64,000 bases of DNA from Leucoraja ocellata. Lineage: Eukaryota. Location: NCBI GenBank assembly GCA_036785375.1, contig JAWMAR010000406.1, positions 1,240,001-1,304,000 on the forward strand, given 5' to 3'. The notes beneath the pieces are model-generated. The model was not told the DNA's origin, did no database searches, and saw only the letters and a program-made list of their open reading frames with translations. Positions 25,136 through 38,654 of this stretch are shown here, piece by piece (positions within the stretch are counted from its first letter, which is position 1; the number at the start of each line of letters is the position of its first letter). A program made the position numbers and the translations under genes.

Positions 25136-25482
25136 CATTGAAACATATAAGATTGTTAAGGGCTTGGACACGCTAGAGGCAGGAAACATGTTCCCGATGT
25201 TGGGGGAGACCAGAACCAGGGGCCACAGATTAAGAATAAGGAGTAAGCCATTTAGAACAGAGACGAGGAAACACTTTTTCTCACAGAGTGGTGAGTCTGT
25301 GGAATTCTCTGCCTCAGAGGGCGGTGGAGGAGGCTCTCTGGATGCTTTCAAGAGAGAGCTAGATAGGGCTCTTAAAAATAGCGGAGTCAGTGGATATGGG
25401 GAGAAGGCAGGAACGGGGTACTGATTGGGGATGATCAGCTATGATCACATTGAATGGCGGTGCTGGCTCGAAGGGCCAAATG
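25136..25482 (+). mobile_element. HER1-like LINE 3' end
   Basis: Encodes NMFPMLGETRTRGHRLRIR..FFSQ..FKRELDRAL..GYGEKAG. Confidence 0.85.
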
Positions 25483-27288
25483 GCACAGCATTCAATACAT
25501 CAGCCCATCCAAGCCTATCTTCAAAGTTTGGGAAATGAATCTCAGGTCGTCTCGATCCAGCTGGGTTCTTGACTTCCTCCTCGGCAGACCTCAACTAGTA
25601 TGAATTGGCAACTACCTCCTCACTGGTCATTAGCTTAGGGGCATCTCAAGGCTGTGTGCTCAGCCCCTTGCTCCATCCTCTCTGTACCCATGACTATGGA
25701 AGGTCAGGCAGCATCTCAGGAGCACTGAAGTGTTGGAGTAACAAAGTGTTAGAATACCTCTGCTGGAGGGCTCCAGAGATGCTGCCTGACTTGCTGAGTT
25801 ACTCCAGCGCCTTGTGTCTATCACAGGGAAGTGTATGGTTTATCGAACAGCAAAGGAATTCTAAATTCTCTTTGCGAAACCTGTTACGGGTTCAGCATCT
25901 AAAGATCACACAAATCTTTTTTCAGTGATCAGCCAGTGAGACTGTTCCCAGCGATCGTTGTATTTGACGCTCTTAAATAATGTACTGTCTGCCTTGCCCG
26001 ATCTTTGTGGCGTGTTTTAAGCTTACTTCAACAGGAGCTTGCAAGTGAAGATTTTGCGGCAGTGTCGTCCATAAGGCAGTAAATTGTTATGTAGCAATTT
26101 GTAAAGTTAAATATTCATGTGAAACTACGGTTATCAGGCAGACATTCACACAGTCCACCAGCATTAACCATATAACCATATAACAATTACAGCACGGAAA
26201 CAGGCCATCTCGGCCCTACAAGTCCGTGCCGAACAATTTTTTTTCCCCCTTAGTCCCACCTGCCTGCACTCATACCATAACCCTCCATTCCCTTCTCATC
26301 CATATGCCTATCCAATTTATTTTTAAATGATACCAATGAACCTGCCTCCACCACTTCCACTGGAAGCTCATTCCACACCGCTACCACTCTCTGAGTAAAG
26401 AAGTTCCCCCCTCATATTACCCCTAAACTTCTGTCCCTTAATTCTGAAGTCATGTCCCTCACTCATTATTATATCGTTTACAGTGTGCTATGTTTACATA
26501 TTCTGCTGCGCTGCTGCTAGTAAGAATTTCATTGTTCTATCTGGGACATATGACAATAAAACACTCTTGACTCTCTTGACTCTTGAAACCCACACGGTCA
26601 CTGGGACAACGTGCAAACTCCACACAGATCGTGCTCGAGGTCAGGGCTGAACCCAGGTCGCTGTAGCTATGGATGGAGGAGGAATAACAGGAAACAAAGA
26701 GAAAGTAAAAGCCCCAGAGGAAGGTTTTCATTGACAATGAATAGAAATTTATTTTGATTTGAGTTAATGCAGCTGTAAATACAACAATTTGAATGTCAAA
26801 TAAGTCAACAACAGTTCCTAAAACAAGGAACATTGTTCAAAAATCAGTTCTTTCTACAAAATTACTTAATTTACACAATAAGGAAAAAAAGTACTAAATC
26901 TATCACTATGCAGTAATTAGTGCCACTCTTCTATTTTCAAGACTTTGTTAGATGTTGGTATTAATGTACATGTACTGGACAGATCAATATTTCGGAACTG
27001 ATTGCCTTCAGGTCCTTGTTAAATAGTCATAACAAAATACATTGGGGTAGATATCCTTTTGGTCATTGAGTATAGATTGGGGAAACTGTTATTATACCTC
27101 TCCACCTGACCTTTTACTTGCTCCAGGCATGGGTGGGGAAAAAAACACCTTGTCGACTTAGAGTAACTCCTTGCAAATGGTCTGCAATTTTAAGGAAGTG
27201 AAGGGTGAATTGAAATAATGCCTTTCAATAAGCAACATATTTAGGCAGATGTGTCCAAATAACTGGCAGATTCTATACATTTTATTAG

Positions 27289-27717
27289 TTCATAAGTGAT
27301 AGGAGAAGAATTAGGCCATTCGGCCCATCAAGTCTACTCCGCCATTCAATCATGGCTGATCTATCTTTCCATTCTAACCTCATTCTCCTGCTTTCTCCCC
27401 CTAACCCCTGATACCCATACTAATCAAGAATTTATCTATCTCTGCCTTAAAAACATCCATTGACTTGGCCTCCACAACCATCTGTGGCAATGAATTCCTC
27501 AGATTCACCACCCTCTGACTAAAGAAATTCCTCCTCATGTCTTTTCTAACGGAACATCCTTTAATTCTGAGGACATGACACCTCTGGTCCTACTCTTCCA
27601 CAAGAGGAAATATCCTGTCCACATCCCTTCTATCTAGGCCTTTCACTATTCGGTAAGTTTCAATGAGGTCCCCTCCCCCTCATCCTTCTAAATTCCAGCG
27701 AGCACAAGCCCAGTGCC
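27289..27717 (-). mobile_element. HER1-like LINE 3' end
   Basis: Reverse complement of the CR1 tail (RNFFSQRVVNLWNSLP, GYGEKAG) and its 3' UTR. Confidence 0.8.
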
Positions 27718-30700
27718 TCTCACCAATTGTTGAGGTAAGGTTCCCCTGCACAATAGGTGCTGAGGCACAGAGGGAAGTGAACCTGCTGCCATACTCAGTC
27801 CACTCCTGATATTACTTCAGTGGAGGGAAACTTGTAAAGCACCAAAGTATATCCGATCATACACGCAAAAAAACAGTTGATAAAATGGAGTCCAATTCTT
27901 CCTGCTGAGCTCTGAACTGTTTGCCACCAAGCATCACAAAATGGTTTCAGCAACACTTTGTAACTTATCTTTTCTCATAACTGTTATGCAATTTATATCA
28001 ATCAGTTTGCATTTATTTATTTGTCACAACTTAATTAAACTGCCAATAACCTTAGCTTGTTATTTACTTTTATACCTCTCCAAACTGACAGCCATCATCC
28101 TGTTTTTATTAAAATATGTTGTTAAGCATAACTGTATTTTTAACCTTTTAAACGTGGTTTAGGGCCAGCACATGACACTTTGTATCTGCTATTTTATGCG
28201 ATACAGAGACAGGATAAATAGTCATAGTCCTTTTCCCAAGGCAACACAGTCTAGACCAACAAGGGTTTACAGCGAGAAGGGAGAAATTCACAGGGTATCT
28301 GAGGGCTAGGTTTTTCACACATAGGGTAGTATTTATCTGGAAAGAGTTGCTAGAGGAGGTGATAGAGGTTGATGCAATGTTTAAAATCCATTTGGACAGG
28401 TACTTGGATATAAAACGTGTAGAGATACAGGCCTAATGAAGGCAAGCGGCATTAGCACAGATAGGCATCACTGTTGCCATGGACAAACTGGGCCAAAGGG
28501 CCTGTTACTGTGCTATTGAATTCCATGATTCTATTTAGAATAAAATAGATGTGAGGAGTGAAAGAGCCAACCAATCGCCACTCAGGTGTCATCGCCAGGG
28601 TTACTGTCTAGCAGACTACTTGGCCTCTGCATTTCTGCCTCATACATGCAAAGTGTACGGATGTCCACAGTCCTTGACATAAAATGTGTCGGTCTTCTCT
28701 ACCGAGTGGACCATGGTGTAGTAAAGAAATATATTAATTATACAACATTTTCACCTTTGTTACATTCTAGTTCCAACTAGTTTAAGCACCTAAGTTTGGT
28801 CATACTGGCAATCATCATGGGTGAAGGTCATCCTGACTCGGGTAACAGCAACATTTCAGTCATCTCTCGGTTCCTACAGCTCTGTCTTCCTCCAAGGTTT
28901 TGCCTTTCTTCACGTGGAATAACTTTGGTTTGAAAGTGAAATTTTCCTTCGAAGGATGAGCATGCAATGAAGCAGAATCAAGATGAGAGGGAGGAGGATT
29001 AAAGAGGATCTGAGGGGTAACATTGTCACACAAAGAGTAGTTGGTATCTGGAAATTAGCTGCCAGAGGAGTTAATGGAAGCAGGAACAGTATCAATGTGT
29101 ATGGGGCATCTCAACAGGCACTTGAATGAGCAGGACGTAGCGGGATATAGAATTGGATTAGTATAGATAGGCATGATGGTTAACATAGATGCAGAGGACC
29201 CAAAGACCTGTTTCTATGTAGAACTCTATGATTCTGATCCATCTGACATTTTTTGTAGGTCCACACAACATATTTGAGAAACCACTTTACTGAAAAGCGA
29301 GGACATTGGCTTGGCTCAAAGCGCAGTGTCCTACGGAGGCAAATGCATTGTTGAAGATGCTACCCCCCCAAACAAGACCCAAAACCGAGGCCTCATTCAT
29401 TTTGAAATTGCAAACATTATGTTCCACTGTTTGGGGGGTTTCACTGTTGCTCTGATCAAGACTTTAACAAAGCCCATTTGTTGCCCATTTGCTGGGACCA
29501 CCTTGTACGTCTGTTTACTTTATAGCAGCTGCCATTATTAAAAGAGCGTGAGGTGCTTTGAAACATCCAGAGGGCCGTGACAGATGCAAGTTTCATTTCT
29601 TGTTATAACTTATTGAACATCCCTTGAAAAGGATGAATAGGAATTGATACCATTGGTTTGCCTGCTGTCACCTATAAAATGTTTCTGGTGCTATCCTGCT
29701 GTATGTATGTCTGGACATCTATTCTTATTTTGGATGGCCATGGAAAAAGCAAATTACTTGGCTCACTGGACCAGAGATAGGCCAACACCAGCATTCAGAC
29801 GATCTTGGTTGGCAATGTGTGTCAAGACCAATGTAGCACCCATGGGTGAAGAACAGCACTTGGGTGATACAGTGCACCCATGGAACCAGAGGAGAAGAGA
29901 GGCAGTGGCAAGAACCTGAGGACGTCTCAAGCTACACAGTTAAAAACATAACAACAAAAATAAAAATAATCTTAACTAAAACTTATCCTGTGACATGGTG
30001 GGTCAAAGAACCTGTTCATTTGCCGCGCTCCATCTCAGCCCTTCTCAGGTGGGTTCCTTCTCAGGGAGAGAGAAGAATAGAAGTGATGTGAATACACACA
30101 AAACGCTGGAGTAACTCAGCGGGACAGGCAGCATCTCTGGATAGAAGGAATGACACCTGTCCCGCTGAGTTACCCCAGCATTTTGCGTCTATCTTCGGTG
30201 TAAGGCACCATTTGCAGTTCCTTCCTATACAGGTGGATTCACTGTCCCGGTTTGTATTCCCAATGCCCAACCATGGATATTGACAACAGTTTGGAAGAAA
30301 CCAATTCACCTTGACTCAGCCGGAAGTTGGAGCATTGCAGACGGAAGAAAAAACAGGTGAAGGCAAATAAAGAGGCGTTTCCCAGTGCTAATTTGACAGT
30401 TTTCAGTTTTCAGAGGCGATTTCTTTATGGTTAAATGTAAGAAATACAATAGGCATAAAAGGTAACTAAAATCTATTGAGAAAGATCATTCATTCCACTG
30501 ATTAAACTTTCCCCTTACAAATGGTGAAAAAATCGGAACGTGTTCAGAGTCCATCTAATCAGCAGGAGAACTGCACTCATTCCATCCCTTGCAGGTACCT
30601 CGTTGTTAGTGGACTCAGCGAGTCAACAATGATCAACCATGAAGGAAGGAAATGGCAATGGCCCTCTTTATTTATTTTTTGCTTTGTGATGAATTTCCCT

Positions 30701-30752
30701 TTTATTTAGCACTATTTTTTTTGAAGTCTCTTATATTATCTGTATAAATAAA

Positions 30753-31124
30753 TTACAGTGCTGATACATTGGGGAATGGGATTTTGAACCCCAATTTAAT
30801 CAGTAGGAGACAGATACAGAACCCTCCGCTCCCAATGCCAACTACTCCTAGGATCGCCTTGAGGAAAGACTTTCTCGAGCGATAGAAGTCATTTGGAGCC
30901 AGAATGCTGAGCAGGGCTGTGTTAACAGTTAATGTGTACAGAATGGAGATGGCGGTATTCAGGGCGACAATCTTCCCAAACTTGGCAAATGGAATTATGA
31001 TGCAAAAGAAAAGGGGGATTGTCGCAATGACTGTGGTGATAGCACTGATGGCACTGGAGACGATGGCGACACCCACGTGTCTCACCGCGGCCAGAGTCCT
31101 CCATTTCCCCGTGTTACATTTATC
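30753..31124 (-). CDS. DISP3: DISP3/PTCHD2 last coding exon (TM11-TM12, stop)
   Basis: WRTLAAVRHVGVAIVSSA..TTVIATIPLFFCII.PFAKFGKIVALNT..GFKIP closely matches the vertebrate DISP3 C-terminus as I recall it. The acceptor is cacag|GAT (phase 0) and the stop is TAA at 30753-30755. Confidence 0.95.
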   Translation of the reverse strand, partial: DKCNTGKWRTLAAVRHVGVAIVSSAISAITTVIATIPLFFCIIIPFAKFGKIVALNTAISILYTLTVNTALLSILAPNDFYRSRKSFLKAILGVVGIGSGGFCICLLLIKLGFKIPFPNVSAL

Positions 31125-31236
31125 CTGTGAATTAAACAAGGCAGAGCGTCAGCAAAAATAGGTTCAGCCACGACTTGAAATACATGAGAAATGGCGATGC
31201 TGGAAATCGGAAAAACCCCCCGAAATAACTGGGAAC

Positions 31237-31525
31237 GCACGGTGGCGCAGCGGTAGATTTGCTGCCTCACAGCGCCAGAGAACCAGGTTCGATCTTGACT
31301 AGGGGTGCTTGCCTGTACGTTCTGGCCGTGACCTGCGTGGGGTTTCCACGGGAGATCTGGTTTCTACCCACACCCCAAAGACGTACAGGTTTGTAGGTTA
31401 ATTGGCTTCGATTAAATTGTAAATTGTCCCTAGTGTGTGAAGGATAGTGTAAGTGTGCGGGGATCGCTGGTCAGCACAGACTCGGTGGGCCGAAGGACCT
31501 GTTTCCACACTGTATCTCTAAACTA
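31237..31525 (+). mobile_element. HE1-like V-SINE in DISP3 intron
   Basis: A box ggtggcgcagcggt, B box ggttcgatc, and SINE body and tail. Confidence 0.85.
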
Positions 31526-34500
31526 AGGTGAAACTAACACTCAACAGTTCAGGCAGCATCTGTGGACAGAGAAATTGAATTAATATTTCATGTCATTTAT
31601 TTTTCATCAGAATTACGAAAAGATTATAAGATCATAAGATCAGAATAATGAATGGATGTGGAGAGAATGTTTCCACTAGTGGGAAAGTCTAGGACTAGAG
31701 GTCATAGTCTCAGTATTAAAGAACGTTCTTTTAAGAAGAAGTCAGTGGATATATTTAAGGCATAGATAGGTAGATTCTTGATTAGTATGGGTGTCAGAGG
31801 TTATGGGGAAAAGGCAGGAGAATGGGGCTAGGAGGGAGAGATAGATCAGCCATGGTTGAACGGCGGAGTTGACTTGTTGGGCTGGATGGCCTAATTCTAC
31901 TCCTGTCATTTATGATGTTATGAATTAAGGAAAAGTTAGAAATTAAATATATTTCCAGTTGTAGAAAGTGGGAAGGGTGGAGAGGACAAAAATAATGTTT
32001 TCCATCATCCTGTTCATTTCCCCTAATTGCTCTGTTGTTCTGGGTGACACTATCTCATGTTTTTTCATCTGCTATCTTTCCCTCTGACCCCAGCCCTAAT
32101 TATAATGTCCCATTTTCCTCTACTTTTCCTCTAATCTCCCCATTCGGTGGTATTACGCTCATCTTGTCCACAGACCCATCTCCTGATCTCACAGGTAAAT
32201 ATAATCCCTCTCCTGCTACTCAAGCCAGCTAAGCATGGTTCTCCCTCTTTGTGTGTTTGCTTTGGCTCCGGACATGTGTTTCATCTTCCTTTCTGCTAAA
32301 CAAAACACATTTCATTCCATTATCTTTACTAAAACCTCTAATCTTCCCCCTTTATCGTTTAAGTCCTCGCAAGCATTGCTTTCTGAATCCAAGTCATGCC
32401 TCTATAAAAGTAGTGTTTTAACTTGCCAGGCAGAGCACAAACTCAAAGCACACTGGCTTTGTTGCAAGAAACATGAGCTGAATCTCTTCCGTTTCCACAG
32501 TGGCCATTGCATAGTCTCCAGATTCCAACAGAAGTATCCAGATCAGACATAACAAATCAACAGAGGGAGTTGGGTTCAGGACTTCCATTATGAGTTCTTT
32601 CTACCAGGTTAACAACTACACGTAAAAATAACACAAACTATTCATAAGTTCATAAGTGATAGGAGCAGAATTAAGCCATTTGGCCCAGCAAGTCTACTCC
32701 ACCATTCAATCGTGGCTGATCTATCTCTCCCTCCAAACCCCATTATCCTGCCTTCTCCCCATAGCCCCTGACACCAGTACTAATCAAGAGTGCTTGGCGC
32801 GTCAGGGAGCATCTCTGGAGAAAAGGAATAGGTGACATTTTGGGTCGGAACGCTTCATCAGACTGGGGAGATGATAAAAGTGGGCCATGCAGGACTGGGG
32901 AACGATAAGGTTGGAAGCTGTGGAGGGCAAACAGCTGGCAGTGATAAACGGAGGGTTTTGACCCAAAACATCACCCATTCCTTTTGTCCAGAGATGCTCC
33001 CTGATGCGCTGAGCGACTCCAAGCATTTTTTGTCCATCTTCAGATTAAACCAATATCAGCTGTCAGTGTGGGAATGGGAAGAGTAGTTATGGCCCCGACC
33101 ATGGGGGGAAATGGAGGAGGACTGACTATACTCTGTGCCTTCCACCACAGTGAAGAATGCCGTGGTGGATGTATGTGTTAAATTGGTATTGTGTATTGTG
33201 TGTTCTTTATTATTGTACCGCTCCTGTCAAGTTCATTTCACTGCACTTTATTGTGTATGTGATGAATAAATCTGATTGATTGATTGAAATTACTGGCAAC
33301 TGGGAGATCCAGTAGGCCTTGGCGGACTGAGCGCAAACGTTCGGTGCAGGTTATAAATAAAAGCGGTGTGAAATAATAAACATTCTAACCAGCATTTTTG
33401 CTGCAGCGCCTAAATAATTTTTCCATTGATTGATAAAAAACACATTGAAAAATACTCAGCCCCTCACAGGGTTTTCTGCTGCTCTGCACAGCTGGTTACC
33501 ATGACATTATGTGATCATTCAACCAAGTGTGCGACTAGCCTTAAATGTCTCTCGGATGTTCAGGATTGCCATTGATCAGTGCAGCCAAATGTTCTCTGTA
33601 TTTCGCCAATACATATATATATTCTCATTTACTTTGTTTCACAACAATTTGCACAGAAGTAACTCTTCACCTGAAGCTGTATTGCTCACTTAGTTTGAAC
33701 ACATCGCTGCAGGAGTCTGAGGAAGGGTCTCGACCCGAAATGTCACCCATTCCTTCTCTCCAGAGATACTGCCTGTCCCGCTAAGTTTCTCCAGCTTTTT
33801 GTGTCTATCTTCGGTTTAAACCAGCCTGCAGTTCCTTCTTACACATCCCTGCATGAATCTCTCTTAGCTCAACAGTGCTTGCACAATATATAAAATACCT
33901 TGTGTACGCCAATAGACAAGTAACATCAGGGGAACAGATGCACAGATTTGTTTACCCACAGTAGGGAAATAAAGAAACAGAGGACATTTTAAGTCTAAGG
34001 TGGAGGGGAAAGATTTATTTGGAACCTGAGGGGCAATATTTTCACACAAAGGGTGGTGGGTATATGGAACATGCTGGCAGAGGAGGCAGGTTCTAGAACA
34101 ACATTTAAAGGACACTTGGACAGGCACATGGATAGGAAAGGTTTAGAGGGATATGAGCCAAACACAGGCAGGTGGGACTAGTGTAGATGGGGCATCATGG
34201 TTGGCATGCGCAAGTTGGGCTGAAGGGGTTGTTTCCATTCTGTATGACTCAATGACTCGTTTATTTCATTCTATAGGCTAAAACCTTTTGAAATCCTAAC
34301 TTAATTTCCTCTATTAACTAGTTCTTAGCCCCAAATTGAATCTGCTTGATCCACAACTTCCACTGTTATGTGGATGCTATTGTAAGGGGTGGAACCTCTG
34401 TCTGACCTTGATTAGCCATTTGAATGTGGTTTTAGGAAGATAATTATTGCTTTACTTTGCTGCTTATCTGCTTTACTTTGAATGATAACCTCTAGTTCAC

Positions 34501-35183
34501 AACCATCTGTTAACTTGTAAAATAACATTTCTATTGCCTCTGATTATGCTCCTTCCTGTGTTCTTTCATCCCAAATGAGATTAATATAAAAAAAAAGCCA
34601 GAATAAAAATGACAGCTTTCTTTTTTATTTTTTCATGTCGTAACTCTGCAATTCTCCATCTTACCTTTTTTAATTAGCATTAATACTATTTTCATTTCAC
34701 TCAATCTCTGACCACATATAAATAGAACGTGTAGTGAAAGATCTGGATAGTGGATGTGGAGAGGCTGTTTCCACTAATGGGAGAGCCCAGGACCAGAGGT
34801 CACAGGCTCAGAATTAAAAGACGTTCCTTCAGGGAGAGGATGAGGAGGAATTTCTTTAGTCAGAGGTGGTGAATCTGTAGAATTCATTGCCACTAAAGGC
34901 TGTGGAGGCCAAGTGAATGGATATTTTTAAGGCAGAGATTCTTGAATAGTGCGGGTATCAAAGGTTATGGGGAGAAAGCAGGAGAATGGAGTTAGGAGGG
35001 AGAGATAAATCAGCAATAATTGAATGGCAGTGGTCTTGATGGGCCGAATGGCCCAATTCTGTTCCGGGCACTATTGAACATGAACAAATGACATCTCCAC
35101 CAGGTTACAGGTTACACAGTTTGATGCTAAGAAGATAGGCCGATTATCAAAAGACACTTCCATATTTTGTTGCTTCCACTTAC

Positions 35184-35350
35184 ATTGGTCTCGGCTGTCA
35201 AAAGGGTTTCCCCAGCCAGCAGGTAACCCTCAACGAGGTGGACACAGTAATCCACAGAAGAGCCCATCAGGATGGACAACGAGATGGCTTCCACCGCTCC
35301 CATTTCCCAGCCTAACCAGTACATGAGAGCAACCATCAAGCATATCACAC
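35184..35350 (-). CDS. DISP3: DISP3 coding exon (TM9-TM10, GSSVDY motif)
   Basis: Encodes GVICLMVALMYWLGWEMGAVEAISLSILMGSSVDYCVHLVEGYLLAGE. Sites are ccag|GT and AAT|gtaagt; 167 bp, phase 1 to 0. Confidence 0.95.
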
Positions 35351-37892
35351 CTGGTGAAACATAACGGGCGTGAACGTCATTGTACACAATACGCAATCCT
35401 GCTCATCTCCAAGGACAACTGGAAAACAATGGAATCGGCAGCAAAATATACATAGACACAGAATGAAGAAATATGTTACTGACATTTATATAGTGCCTTT
35501 GCAACCCGTGAATCATCACTTCTGCAGTTATAGTCACTGGTGCATTTTTGGTAAACAAGGATCCAATTTGTGCTTATCAATGTCTTACAAATGGACATGA
35601 TCAATAACCAGGCAAACCTATCTTTTTTAAATTATATTGATTACTTTTTCACACAAAGGGTGGTGGGTGTGTGAAGCAAGTTGCCAGAAGAGGTAGTTGA
35701 GGCTGGGACTATCCCAATGTTTAAGAAACAGTTATACAGGTACATGGATAGGACAAGTTTGGAGGGATATGGACAGGCAGGTGGGACTAAGTAAGTGTAG
35801 CTGGGACATGTTGGTTGGTGTTGGCAAATTGGGCCAAAGGGCCAGTTTCCACACTGTATCACTCTCTATCACTCTGTGATTGATTGATGAACACCGGCCT
35901 GTTCTGTTCAACTTCCAGAAGTGATAGGTAATGACTTGCCTCTGAAACAGTACCTGTAAAAATCCAATTGCATTGGAATATCAGCATAGATTACGTGCTC
36001 AAATCTCTAGAATCCCCAGAACTCATAGCCTTCTATATTAGAGATGAAATTAACTCCATGGGATATCAAGAAATAGCTGATAACTATAGATGCGGCAAAA
36101 CTAATGGGTAGGAAGGAACTGCAGATGCTGTTTTACACCGAAGATAGACACAAAACGCTAGAGTAATTCAGTGGGATAGGCAGCATCTCTGGATAGAAGG
36201 AATGGGTGATGTTTCGGGTCGAGTCCCTTCTTCGGACTGAGAGTCAGGGGAGAGAGAAACTAGAGATATGAAAGGGTAAGGTGTGAAAACGACAGATCAA
36301 AGCAGATGGTGATCAAGGAGAGGGCGAATGGTTCATTGTTGGCTGAGGGGAAGGTGACAACAAGACATACAAACAGTAACATTAATCAGGAGGATAGTGA
36401 AAGCAGTCGGAGAACTAGGACGGTGGAGGGACGGACAGAGAAGGGAAGCAAGGGTTCCTTGAAGTTAGAGAAATCAATAGCTGTAGGCTGCCCAAGCGAA
36501 ATATGAGGTTCTGGAGACATTGATGTGATTCCCTGAATTCGTTTATATCTGTGCATTTACTCAGAATCTGATACGGGAAGTTCAGATATGTTAATCAACG
36601 AGTGGCAGGCACTGTATTTATCCTTCTGTGTGCCAGCCATCCACTCTCGGCATATCTCCCCTTCCAGTAGGGGTATTCCTGCCTCTTCACTTTGCAACGC
36701 GCACTCTTTCTGCCAAGGTTCTGTGCAGATGATCTAGGCAGATAGTCAGCGCGCTTTCAAGCATTAGCAATGCTGCTAGAGTAGAAATGGTTTGTTAGTG
36801 GACAATTAATATTAATTATACCTGAGGAAATCCATCACTTCCAATTTCACTGGCTCGTGTTCTGCTGTCACAAACCGAATCACAAACAACAGCTGGGTAG
36901 GTCTTCATTAGGAGACCGCAATAAACTCCCAGAATGATGGCATTGTTTATTTATGTGTGGAAGGAAATTCTTTTGAGTATTTTTCGCATACATCTAAATG
37001 TCCGAATTTAGGAAATCTTCATTTATATCCAATGACTTCCAGCATCTATTTCAAAATCTGCATTTGCAAACTATTCCACTCTCACCAATTCCATACATTT
37101 TGGAAATTTGCTGGAAAAAATTCCAGGCACCAGTATTAATATCTACTTGCAAAGGCATTGATCGGTGTCATTCTGCATGGCTATTTTTGATGGGCGATCC
37201 TGTCTAAAAATACATTGAATGTTTTAAAGGAGTATTTGAATATATGAGCATGTGGGTGTACTTCACAGTATCATGGGAGCTGCTGCTTCACAGTATCAGG
37301 GACCCAGGTTCAATCCTGATCTCAGGTGCTGTCTGTGTGAGCATATTAAAGTGGGCAGTGCTGTTGATGTTGTCTACATGGACTTACAGTAAATAAGGTC
37401 TAGAACAAAGCCCTGATGGAAGGCTGGCCTAAACATTTAGAGCCAATGGACTCCAATGCAAGTTGGTAAATTGAATAATTTTTACATTTTGATAAAAGTT
37501 ACCTTTACTTCTTGAATATATTATGTGTTATTTAGTACTATTCACATCATTAAATAATGACAAAAACTAAGTGAACTATAATAGACCAGTCCATCTAAAA
37601 AGATAACTGACATTGATTTGTAAATATTGAAGAAAGCGGAAAGATGTTGGACTGTCTCAATGCACAGATTGACACAGCTAATTACAGTCAATCCTACATC
37701 AACATTTTTCACGGCGTAAAGTTATTTCGCCGCTGTCTTACAGACACTGAGCAGTAGTCAAGAGTCAAGAGTGTGTTATTGTCATGTGTCCCTGATAGAA
37801 CAATGAAATTCTTACTTGCAGCAGCACAACTGAATATGTAAACATAATAATCTGTAAACAATATAGTAAATGAAGAAAAAGTTCAGTGTTTG

Positions 37893-37898
37893 TATACG

Positions 37899-37931
<33 letters not shown>

Positions 37932-38061
37932 GTACACACACATATATATATAGACACACACACACACACGTACACACACGTACAGACTCACACACGCACC
38001 CACACACATATATATATATATTGATCGCTAGTTTAATTAGAAATGTCCTGCTATATCTATG

Positions 38062-38095
<34 letters not shown>

Positions 38096-38135
38096 CACAC
38101 ACCCACACACATACACACGCACATATATGCATAGA
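37893..38135. repeat. Compound (CA)n/(TA)n microsatellite
   Basis: Two interrupted CA/TA tracts are directly visible. Confidence 0.95.
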
Positions 38136-38245
38136 TACAGCAGCATCTCTCCAATTAAACCAGAGATAAATCTGATAATTAATCTACTAATTTCAAACAA
38201 CTTTGCAATCAATGGACAGCACAAAAAACATATTGTTATTCTTAC

Positions 38246-38359
38246 CTAGAATGGTCATGAGCACTGGTAAAAGTAATAGGATGTGCGTGGTGAAAATAGC
38301 AACTGCTGCAACACAGATTATCAGAGAAAGCATCAAACTGTACAGTGCACTCTGAACAC
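38246..38359 (-). CDS. DISP3: DISP3 coding exon (TM7-TM8)
   Basis: Encodes GVQSALYSLMLSLIICVAAVAIFTTHILLLLPVLMTIL. Sites are tgcag|GT and G|gtaag; 114 bp, phase 1 to 1. Confidence 0.94.
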
Positions 38360-38654
38360 CTGCAGAGGGAGAAGAGACATCATAAAGTTTTCTGAGCCAT
38401 TGCAAAGTATTATGGAATATTGAATCAGTATTAATATAAATTCCCAACCCACACCATCGACATGCCACAATTCAATTACTACCTGTAACTTACTTCTCAA
38501 TTTTGAGCTTTTGTAAATATCTGTTGGGAAACTCATAGTTAGACTCACATTCAGATTTGTTTATTGTCAATTGCACCAAGGTGCAATGAAATTCCTTGTT
38601 CATTTGAAACTCATATAGTATACATATAGTGTATATACAAATACACATCCACAT

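Noticed and set aside
37765-38154. Cys/Val- and His/Thr-rich ORFs
   Set aside because: These are translations of the CA/TA microsatellite.
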